Below, piece by piece: positions 45,653 to 57,600 of a DNA stretch of 64,000 nucleotides. How positions within the stretch are numbered: position 1 is the first letter of the stretch; every line of letters begins with the position of its first letter. The stretch is from an uncultured virus (IMG/VR IMGVR_UViG_3300042997_000753) (Duplodnaviria; Heunggongvirae; Uroviricota; Caudoviricetes), in IMG/VR virus record IMGVR_UViG_3300042997_000753. One strand, given 5' to 3'. Position numbers and translations under genes: made by a program. The notes below the pieces were generated by a model that was given only the letters and a program-made list of their open reading frames with translations, searched no databases and was not told the DNA's origin.

Positions 45653-48600
45653 TCTGGTATGAACGTTGTCTTTTGTAAAATAAAATTGCTGATTGCAGTG
45701 GAATTTTTCTGTAGAGGTCTTCCTGCTGATGCGGTTGTAACACCTCGATCATACCAAGTTCTTCCTGTTTTTCTTATTACGGTGATACGTGTGCCTGCTG
45801 GTATTGATTTTGTTAACCTTATATAAGGACTTGTTCCGTCCACACTGAATTCTGCTTCTATTTCTTTACTACCGTTAGGTCCTAAATCTTCATCAAATAC
45901 ATCAACAGGATTTTTACGTAATCTAGTGCCAGCCACAAATATTTCTACTTGATCGCACGGTCCGTGTGTTACAGGAATGTTAGGGTCACCTGTTACAGTA
46001 TCAATTCCACGGAACCATGAATTTCTAGTTCCCTGTGTAGGAACAAAATCTAAAGGACCAACTAATAGCGTACTACCGTCGCTAACAAAATCCAATCGGT
46101 GTTGTGTTTCGTTGTAAGGAATAGTTTCTAACGGGCCGCTATCTGTCACATAACTTCCTACAGCGTGAATCATTGCAATGGCAGTTCCTAAGCTACCTCT
46201 ACGAAGTTGTGTAAGTACATTTCCAGACTTTTGCAAATATTCTATTCTTTCATTATTAATGTATACAATACCCGACACTGATCGGTCAGTGGGATCATAT
46301 AATTGATCACCGTTGATCACTGTGATACTTTGATCGTAATAATTCAATGCTAAGGCTAGTTTAACATCATTTCTACTATAGCGTTTGAAATGGTATATAT
46401 TCAACATATCTTTATAAATTTCATATGCGCTAGGAAATCTATATACGTCATTGCCAAATTCAACAATTTTTACATCATCGTCAATAGTTGTTTCAACATT
46501 TAGATATACTACACCTCTTGGCAAGGATACACTAAAATCACGATCCTGCGTTTGTCTCACTCCATTTACATAGACCCATACATAACTAGAATTTATAGGC
46601 GTTCTAGAAAGTTGATATTGAACCTTTCCTCCTAAAAATTGATCAGCTACAATATCCATGCTAGGATATTCGCTAAACCAAACAATTTCAATCATATCTT
46701 TAGTGGTGCTGTCATCATTATTTTCTAATGTTGCCATTATTGCGTCAGTAAAAATTATTTCGTCACTGTCAATTTGATAATCTGCAAATGCTGTAACAAC
46801 AATTCTAATAACATCACCTATATCCAGAATGTCCGAACGCACAGTGATAATATTAGATCCAGAATTAAGTGTATAGTCTACCACCTGAATTGTTGGATTG
46901 TTGTTTACAAAAACTTCAATATCAGGATAAGTTATCGAACCTGGAAATCTTATTGGATCTACTCCAATAGTAATTTGATTATTAGTTCCGTCGTAGACTG
47001 TTAAAACAGTATCGGGTCCGTTAACTTGTTGTCCATTAATGTTTACTAGTAGATTAGATATAGCTGATGCTCTGGACAAATTAACAAATTTATCTACTAC
47101 AAATCTAGTAGTTGATCCGTCGTAGACTATGGTTTGATTATTAACTCTAATTATACTCTGTCCTGTGGAGTCTGTGTCTAGGCCAGGGCCTAGGCATACT
47201 ACCTTGACCACACTGTTAATAGTTGGAGCAATACCAAACTGTACTAAAGTTTTATCCGGAGTATCTGTAAAATCAACACTGTCTAGGAATCCAGTATCAA
47301 TAGCATCACCGTTGACCGTAACTAATATTGATGAGGTTTGACTAAAAATTGCTTTGGTTAAAAACAATGTGGTTACACCGTCTGCAACAAATTCTTGATA
47401 GTCTAATAAATTTATACCACCCAGGCCAAATGCCAGTATTTCAATTATAGTAGCACTGGTTGGAGCAGAATTAAACACCACTTCATTAGTTTCATAGTCT
47501 ATAATATAATCCTGAGAAGGTTCTTGTTTGATTTTATTAATATAAACAATCACTGAATTATTTTCTAATATATCAATACCTATAGCATATCTAAATTTTA
47601 CACCGTCTGAATATACAATAGTGTTTTGTATCAAGGCGGATCCTTGAGGATAGGTGTGGAACACTTTGATACTGACACTTTCTAGCACTTGGCCAGGAAT
47701 GTTTTCTTCAGGTGCCGGTACTTGATCTGGACTAATAAATTTATCACCGTCTATAACAATTTCTTCGGCGGTAAGCCCGTTGGCTGTTTGATACGCACCG
47801 CTGATATTTGATAAAGATCCACCACTTAGTCTAGTATCTAAAAGATTTACGTCGGTAATAGTCACTGATCCGTCACTGTCTAACTTGCGGAAGATCAAGG
47901 TATCGCCTGGTTCTACACTGATATATTGACCTATTTCAACTACTCTAGTAGAACCGTCTCCTACAAATGTAGGCATTTGTGCGTTAGGATTAGTAGCGTT
48001 TGAGCTGTCCCAATTTTGAATCCAGTTAGGATCATCTACTCTGATTGTTTTAGGAGCAGCAATTTCTGATTCTATTATTACTGCTGGATTGTTTGCAGCT
48101 ACAATCACAGTATATCCGTCAGGTTGAGTTCCCAGTGTTTGTATATCGCCAGGAATTCTAGTTCCCGAAGGTTTCCAATATACAGAAATTTGTTCGCCTG
48201 CCGCAGGAATAAATGGCAGTGTTACTGCAATAGTACTTCCGTCTGCCACATAATAAAAATCACTGTTTGATTCCACACTATCCCAACTGTCAGTGAACCA
48301 CGGAAGAGCATCCCAACCACCAGTGACATCAAAGGTCGTTCCTTGAATTTGTACACCGCCAAAGTCAATGCCGGTCATTAATTGTGCTAGTTCGTTGCCA
48401 CGCATTCCTTCGGTAGGTGCATAGTAGTTTTGAATTCTGTTTATGCTGTCAAATAATTCTACATTCTTTTCATAGTTTATTTCTATTACATCACCTAGGG
48501 CCGGAGTTGTATTAAAAATTAATTTACCTTTGATCAAGCTGTATGTGTCTGTTGTGGAAGTATACAATGTAATTGTATATTCACTGTTCAATACAATTTG

Positions 48601-51600
48601 ATTGTTTTTAGTGATTGAAATTTTACTCTTGTCTCTGTTAGGAGCGTATTGTAATTGAAAGACCGCAGAAAATCCTGTGGCCGTAAAAATTTCAGATTTA
48701 GTAAATTTTTGGTATATTCCTTGTTTAGCAAGTCTATCAAATTTCACAGTGAGATCAAATGTTCTTGCCGCAGTTTCACCAATTATGGCTACAGCCTTGG
48801 CAATACTTTGACTAGTGCCATTACCACCAACTAGACTGATAGTAGGAGCCTGTGTATAACCTTGACCTTTGTTTAGAATCTTCACAGCAACCACGCTGCC
48901 ATTAGCTACAAATGCCTGTGCTGTTGCTCCGGTGCCGTTGCCTTCAATTATTACACTAGGAACTTCTGTGTAATCGGCGCCGCCGTTAGACACACTAATT
49001 CCGGTAACAACGTATCCGTTGTTGTCAGTCCACCACTTCCAAGGATAACTAGTGAATTTGTCGCTGGTTGATCTAATTGGTAGTATTTTTCCATCTTGGG
49101 TCGAATACACTGGAGGGAGATCAAAATCAGTAGTTCCCGAATACGAAGTATCTCTATCTGTATATTTAGAAATATATTCTCTAATTGTGGTTCTATAGGG
49201 TTTGATTTCTTCTATGTATTCTTGGAAGTTTTCTAAATTATCATTTTTGTAATTTATTTTTTGTTCTAAATCGCCAACATTGTGAGTGGCATTTAAGAAA
49301 CTTGTCTTGAAAGCCCAATCAATATATGGTTGTTCTACAAACGCATATCGAATACTAGTAAAGAATAATTTATTCCATTCTACTCTAAGATCTTCAGTAA
49401 AAATATCTTCCTTAGCTGCTTTTAAAATGTTACGCAGTTCTTGTGTAGGATTTATATCATACACATCAGCATCAAAAGAAACTGTGTTGTCATATCCTAT
49501 ATTTTGTACCGACACTAGATCATCAATTATTAAATTGATAGTACCATTTTTTCTACCAACAAGAATATAATTATCTAAAATATTACCCTGAGTAGGTTCA
49601 GTTTTTTCTAAAACTGCCCAACCGCCATTAGCAAATTCTTGAATTCGAATTAGGTCTCCCACATTTACAAAAATTGAAGGCTCTTGGTAAAGATCGGCTA
49701 TTTCTTTAACTATTCTCGAAGTCTCTCCATACCCGTCTTGCCACCAATCAATATATTCCCAATATTTGCTGGTATTAAAAGCCTGGGACTTAGATCTAAA
49801 GAAAGTTTTTCTTATATCATCCCAGGAATAGATACTCCAGTAATTATCGATACTAGAATCTTGCGCTACTAGCACAGAAAAATATCTTATCTCTGCTACA
49901 GCAGATGTATAACGTCGACCTTTGGACAACACAGTAGCAGAATTTAGTCTGCCTTGACTGTCAATAGTTACTTGTGCTGTGGCACCTTGTCCGTTTCCTT
50001 CAATATTAACGAATGGGGCATTTCTGTAGCCAAATCCCGAATCAATAATATCAATAGTATCAATTTCTCCGTCAACAATATTAGCTCTTAATACAGCTTT
50101 TTTTACTCTTGTTGTTCCTACTTCTGCAAGATCAGTTAGTGTATCTACACGTATGTCGTATTGATTTAACACATTAGAAGGTTCTTGCTCAACAGATCCA
50201 AGATTGATAAAATTCAAAGTATCGGAAAACGCTCGAGTTTTCAATACTGAATTGATATTAGTAATCACTGTTTTTAAGATAGAAAATCTATCTTTAAACA
50301 TTGTTTGACGAGGTCTAAAACTTATACCATATCTCTGCTTAATAGGTATGCTAGCATCTGGCACTATGTTACCAGCAAGGTCGTACCCTACTAAACTGTC
50401 TATCCATTTGGCTTCTAGTGTCTCTGTGGGAAGACTGTCTGCAACACCTTCAGTCAACAACTGATATTCATTATGGATAGAATTCAAGGCTTTTAGATTT
50501 TTTCTATATTGAATGTTAACCAACGCAGTATTTGACGAGATTAAAGATTCAAAATTGAACGCCAATAGTGTATCAGCGGCTATCGGAGTTAATATAGGCT
50601 GTCCTGTGCCTATTGGGTTTTCAATATAACTCTTTACATCCGAAGCTGTAATTCTTCTGCCTGGAACATTTTTTGGCACTATATTTTTATTCTTGATCCA
50701 ATAATAATATTTTGTATCTGTGGTTTCCCCAGTTGACGGATTGGTTAAGATTTTTACAGAATACACAGTGTTATCCGGGTATAACGGTTGTCCTGAAATT
50801 CCTTGTGCAAGACCTTCAGTTGTATCTGCTAACGTGGCCCATCTGCTAGGCAAATATTTTGATTCTACCCATTCATACACATCAATACTTGCGCCGTAGG
50901 CCAATTGATTCCAGTTACCGATTCGATAGGAAATATCACCTTGTTCATAGAGCAACCACTTAGCTGTACTTAGGTCCCACCACAGTTCCCCGACGTGTTT
51001 TTCAAACCAAGCCTGAGATTCATCAACTTCTTGTTGATCAGTACCGTTGGTATATGTAGCAGGATCGTACAAGGTTTTAAATTTTAATTCTTGTTCGGCT
51101 GCACCTAGTATTTTTAATTTGTAATGATCAACTATTTCAATGTCTGAAATTTTTACATTATTTTCATTATCGTATATTGAAATGTTTTTAAACAATTCTA
51201 TATCAGTTAGGTCTTGCTTTGAGGCAATAATATTCCAAGAATTTTTAGTAATGTCTTTAGTAAACAATCTAACCTGACCAGTTTCAATAACTTCTGCACT
51301 GCCTGTATATCCGCTGCCTCCATAGGACACAAACAACTTAGTTATGGTGCTACCCGACATTTCTTGCACTTTAATACGAGCCTTGTCTGCAGATCCATTA
51401 ATTTCAATAGCATCAGTATCATCATTGAAGTCGCTGACCGTATATCCAGCTCCAGAATCTTTGGCTATGGCAGATACAATGACTCCGTCTTGTATTACTA
51501 CATCTACTGTAAGTGCATTGTTTCCGCTAGCACCCGGTAGAATAATAGTTAAAAAACCAACACCTATTCTATATACTGTGTCGCGATAGGTTGGAGATCC

Positions 51601-54600
51601 TACGGCTATCACTGATCCGACACAGTCTACACTAGAACCAAATGATTCCCAGTCTTGCAGGTCTGTAACATATAATTTTTCTGTTAGGTGATATGTTTGA
51701 TCTTTTCTTTCAAACACATAGACCTGTCCTGTATTACCTTCGTCGGAACTAAATGTGGTGTTTGTATTATCAAAGGAAGTAGAACCTTGATCATATATTG
51801 TAAACAGGTTGAAACTGGCATTTGTGGCGCCAACAACTATTTTTTCCGTTGCAGGACTTATACTGATAGCAGAACCAAAATATTCGTTGGTATAATTTTC
51901 GTGGCTAATTAATCTTTGTTTTAATCTATAAGAAACGCTATCTAATTGATCTGACTTAAACACAAACACTGCACCTTGATCAGTAGATTTTACATCTGCC
52001 AACGGACTGCTGGCAATAATTGTAGTTCCGTTATAGTCAATGTCTACTGCTGCTCCAAATTTGTCTCCAGTATTTAGATTGTCAATATTTAAAACATCAC
52101 TAATTTCAGTTAATGACCCGGCGGTAATTGTTTGCGCTAGTTCATAGACATCGCTAGAATTTCGTTTATAGATAAAGATCTTGCCAGAAGAGTCTGTGGA
52201 TACCGTATCAATTTCAAACCATAATCTAAATGGATTGTTTTGTTCATCTGTTAGATAAACGTTAAACGATTGATTGTAAGTAGCTGGGCTTTGACCTTTA
52301 CTAGAAACTATTAAAGTACTATCTTGCAGGGCAGAATCTGCTGTATTTTCTTCAACTACGTCAGTTAATCTGTAGTAAACATTTTGATATTTAACTACAT
52401 CATCTTCGTAATAGGTTTGATAATTTACCCATAATCCTTTATAGTTGGCAATATAAATTCCGTCACTTTCAGGAGCTCCGACTACTAAAATCCCACCATC
52501 TCGACTCATGGCTTGGCTTTGGCCAAACTTATCTCCGGCTTTAATTAATTCTGCAAACTGGTATGATTTCCATCTTGCTTTACCTGTGCCAGATCCAACT
52601 CCAGTAGCTTTGAATGTAAGACCGTCTCCGGATGCAGGATTATTACCAATAAGTTGAAAATTTGTAGTTCCATAATCTTCAATAGTGTAAATTTCTCCTA
52701 CTATAAAATTTCCAGCTGTGACTAAAGGATATACTGATCCTAGAATAGCTGTGGAACTGTCTTGTAAAATTGGAAGAATATTTCCACTGTCAATCAAGGC
52801 AATGTTTGATGGCAGTGAAACTTCAGTTACTGATTCATCTAAGACTTGCCAAGAATTACTAGTGGATAAATCAAGTGATGTTCCGTCACCGTAGGTGTCT
52901 TCTAGTGCCTGATATATTCTTCCTTCATACCAAACTTTAGATCCTTGACTGTAAATAGAACTAGCACTATTGGTATACAGTCCTCGATACTCAGGATCTC
53001 CCAACTGTTTCCAACCAACCGTTGCTGTGCTAATTAAGGTATGCGAACTTGAATCATCTATACCAAAATCTTTAAGATCGATTTCTGTTCCAGCCGTAGC
53101 GGTTACCACTGAAGTTGCTAATTGTATAACAGTATCTGTAATTCTTATTGCATATAAGATTGTGTAATCTTCAGGTGGAGGAGGAGATGTAGCTAGAGAT
53201 TTATCATCTCCGGCATATGTGCCGTTGAGATATCTTACCAGTTGTCCGGTTATAAGATTATGATTTCTTGAAAATGTAATTGTATTCACTGCATAATTTA
53301 CAGCACTAGTTCCATTAAACGTTAGAATCTGTGTGGTTGATCCTGCTGTTGTGCCAGTGTATTTGTAAAGATAAACTCTACCTAGGTCGTTGAGAGATCC
53401 CGGTGCAGAGACTGACATATAATAATTTGCTCCAGAAACTCCAATAGAAATACTTGATCCAAATTTTTCATTTGCCTCAATTCGAGGGCTAAGGATTGTA
53501 TGTTGCAATTCCCATGCATTATTTTTTCGTTTGTATAAAACTACCATGCCTTGATGTATTGGGCCTACTGCTCCCGATGCATTAGCATAGACTATATCAA
53601 CCAGTTTCCAATCTTCATTTCTAAAATTCACAGACAATGTGTTCAGAGTATTGGTGCTGCCATCACCGGGCTGTTGATCGTTTGTGGCTTCCCATAATTT
53701 TCCATTTTGCAACACTATATCGCCGGCACGATAAGATGCTGCTGGTATAAGTGGATCTATATAGCTGTCCTCGTAAATTCCTTTGAATCTACTAGGTACT
53801 CCAGAAGCCAAAGGAGCTCCTACTGCTAACCAAACATTATCAGGACTGATAGCAATGGCGTCTCCAAAACTATTTGCCGTTGTATTTGTAAATTCAGTCT
53901 CTGGTTGTAGTATTTCTTTTACAGACAATCCTGTGGCAGTTTCCGAGTACACCATTACAGAGTTGGCAGATGGTATACCTGTGATAACCTGTTTGAGGTT
54001 GGCAGCATATACCACAGCTCTTCCTGTATTTCTAGGATCTGTGGCTCCAAAATTGGTGATTGTTTTTTCAGCGTACAATCTTTGTTTTTCAACAACTTCC
54101 CAATTGCCCACAGTTTCGTCGGCGTTGTCGATCCATAATTTTGATCCTTGCTTTAACAGGGCAGCGGTTTGATCTCCAATATCCTGATAAGAATCAAATC
54201 TAGATTGCGTCAACAAATATATGTTGTATTGTATAGAGCTGATGTCTGGGGCGGCTGGCGTAGGTCCAGCGGCTGCTTGAACAGCAAAGGTATAATCAGT
54301 CACCGCTACAACTTTGTAAAATCCAGTAAAATTTTCAATGTCTTTTATGCCTACAATTTCATCCAAGACTAATCCGTGTTTTTGGTTCACGGTTACAGTA
54401 ACTACGTTCGTGGCAGAATCTTTGACAATGTCTTCAATTGTTAGAGCAGTAGAGAGATTTAATCTCAACACTGTCCAAGATGCATTATCAAAAGTAACCC
54501 ATATGTGAGAATTTTCAACCAAGGATGAAATATCCAGTGATAATATGTCGTCTCTTGATCTAACAAATAACTCTATTTGATCTGTTTTAACATATCCGGC

Positions 54601-57600
54601 ATTTCTAGTAATTCCTTGATAGTTGGTCAACGGATTAATGTCAACACTGTAAGGAATCAAGGACCTAGTAAAATTAGTTTGATTTACTCTTAGATATTTG
54701 TCCGATAAATTTTTAGAAATTGGGCCGTTAGTAATAACTATGGCCTGTGGATTTACCAACAGATTATCTTTGACAATTTCAAATTCTATTTCATTGAGTT
54801 GGTCTAGGCCCCCTAGTCTACCAACATTAAAAGCCCATTCTTCATCTAGTACAATACTATCGGCAGTGATTCTACTGAGCTTGTCAAAAACTTTGACCAC
54901 AGCGTTAGCTGTGCCTTTTTCTCTGATAAAGCCTTGATACAATTTAAATTGAGTGACATTATCTTCTGCAAGATTCTGTAGGTATTCTCTAGTTTGATAT
55001 CCTATTAGATGTCTTGCTAGCTCTCGCTGACTGGCGCCGGCTCCGTCAGCGTCTACGTTATAATAATCTTCAAATTGACTAACTCTAACATCAAAATTGC
55101 TGATCAGTCCTTTGGCAGGGGTTGTATCTAATTTGGTCCAATTACTGTCATTAAATTGAATAGATCCCTGTTGATTTACTAGACTGGTCCAATTGTAAGA
55201 TTTGTAATTGACGATGTCGCCTAGTTTATAATCAGTAAAGGGTTGCCAGATCTGTATATTAACATTGTCAAATAAGAATCCCGGACTTGTATAATCGCCG
55301 TCCCAGTCAACTGTGCGGAATCCACGACTCTTGATACGTTCTTGACGATAGCCCGTTGGCTTATCATATAACACATCATTAAACACTGTACGATCATCAA
55401 AAATTGTTACGTGTTCTTTCAAAACAAAATAACATCTAAAAAAGTATATGCCGTCCGAGTCGTTGACAACATCCACCGTTAATTTTTTAAACTCTCTGTT
55501 GACATTTATAAATTCCACAGGCAGAATGGTCCCATCAACTTTTAAAATATTATAATCATAAAAGCTATCGAGCAGATTGTCAGCAACTCCGATGTCAATG
55601 TTTAATTCTATTTTTGCAGCAGCAGGACTCAACGTGATTAATGAGCTGTCAGCCCATTGGTGTTTTGACCAAAACAATAATTCTTTTATTGAAGTAATCC
55701 AATCTTTGGCTGATTCTAGATTGCCATCATAACCGGTAAATTCAAATCCCTGTGATTGTAGATATGCATCATAACCTATGATAAAATCTGCGATTTCTTG
55801 TAGAGTTGAAAATATTGTTCCGTAGGGTATTTCTTGTACCGTGGCTGTATTTACAGTTCTTCTTCTAAAAACTTCTACTGCACCTACCAACGGCAATTTT
55901 GCTATTCTTTGCCAAAATTGTACATCAAAATCTATGCCACTGGTGTGAGATTTAATACATCTGTAAAAAATATCGGCTACTCTAATTATTGTTCCATTGC
56001 CAAAAATCTTGTTAGATTCCCAGTCGATGAAATTTTCACTGACACCACCTACTGATAGCAAAGGATCATTGGTGCTTTTAACAGCTTCAAAATATTTAAA
56101 GTAAGGTTCACTGATGTCATAACCAAAAAGTTTAAAACCACCAGCCAGTTTTTCAATCACTACTGCACTATAACTTGGACTAGAAATTGGTGCGCTAATG
56201 TTAAAATTAATATCATAATTTTCTTGAGGAAGAAAAATATTGCTAGTGCTGGCGCTGGGATTTTTACTATCTAAAATATATTTTTGTTGACTTTGATCTA
56301 CAAATCCACTTAATCTAGTAGACAAATTAACATCTAAATTATCTATTTTCTTTTGCAGCACTGATTCAGTCAGTCCCCTCGATCTTAAATAATCTACAAC
56401 ATAATTTACAAGGCCAGAAGTTTGATTGCCTCCAGATGTTGGAACAATAATATCCGAATTCTTAAAGAATAAATTTGTATTTTTATTAACTGTTTGACCA
56501 ATTTTGTTAACTTTGATTCTAGATTTATCAAGAGTTTCAATGATAAATTCGTAAGGTCTCATTAGACATAGTGCCAGCATAATAACAAATGGATAATCAC
56601 TGCTACTACGCCAGGCGTATTCCACTGGGGCTATGTCACCAAATTTAAATGTGCCTTTATTGTTGTATAAAACAAAATTAGTAGCTGCTCCCGATTCAAA
56701 TGGGCTTAATAGGTTACCGTCTCCGTCTACAGGAATATGATTTAGCAGTGTAGCTCTTTTGTATCTATCATAAATTCCTGCTCGAGATCCTTGGCGGATT
56801 ATACCAGCAGCTAGATCTTCCCACAGTAGTAAATTATTTTTTGTATATGGTGCTGAACCGTATTGGTCTTCCCACCAGCTAGGTTGTTGACTAAATCCCA
56901 ACATTTCCCAGGGACAACGATGTGGTCTATCAGTATCATACAACCAAGTATACACTCCTCTCCACCATCCAGGTAAATTTAACTGCCCGGTAGGATCCCC
57001 CATATTTGAATAGGTGTAGGTAAAAGAATCTTCACTATCAAAAAATGTGTTAGTTAGATAGTCTACATTTGTTTCACTAAACCATCTTAGAAATTCAGAA
57101 CTGATTACGCTGTCTAAATCTTGTTTAGTGTATGTAGATGATCCGTAGTATCCTCCAAGAATATTATCTTGACTAAACAAATCTTCTGTATATTCTTGTT
57201 TAATGTTATTGTAGATTCGTTTTTCTAATTCTAATAATACATCATCTCGGAAATCACCGTAGGCTACTGTGATACTGCCATCGTGACCTCGAATAACATT
57301 GATAGGAGTTACGTAGGTATCATCTAAAAACAAAGACGGAATATAGGTTTTATATAAACCTAATTTTGAAGGAGTTGGCGGAATAAAACAGAAACTTGAA
57401 GAAACATATTCTTTTATTTGAATAATATCTCCTTGTGTTAGTGCTTTGGAAATACTAACAAATCCAAACGTATCATTAAATGTATAATCGATACCATGAA
57501 TCAACTGCACATTGTTAATATAGATATATACTGCTGTTCTGCTAAGTTGGGTTAAGTTAAATTTTGCGTTTAATGCAAAAGTTATAATTTCTGTGTCTTC

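Noticed and set aside
45642..45752. Extended N-terminus of the 44979 gene
   Set aside because: Overlaps the giant gene's 3' end; ATG 45641 after the late motif is more plausible
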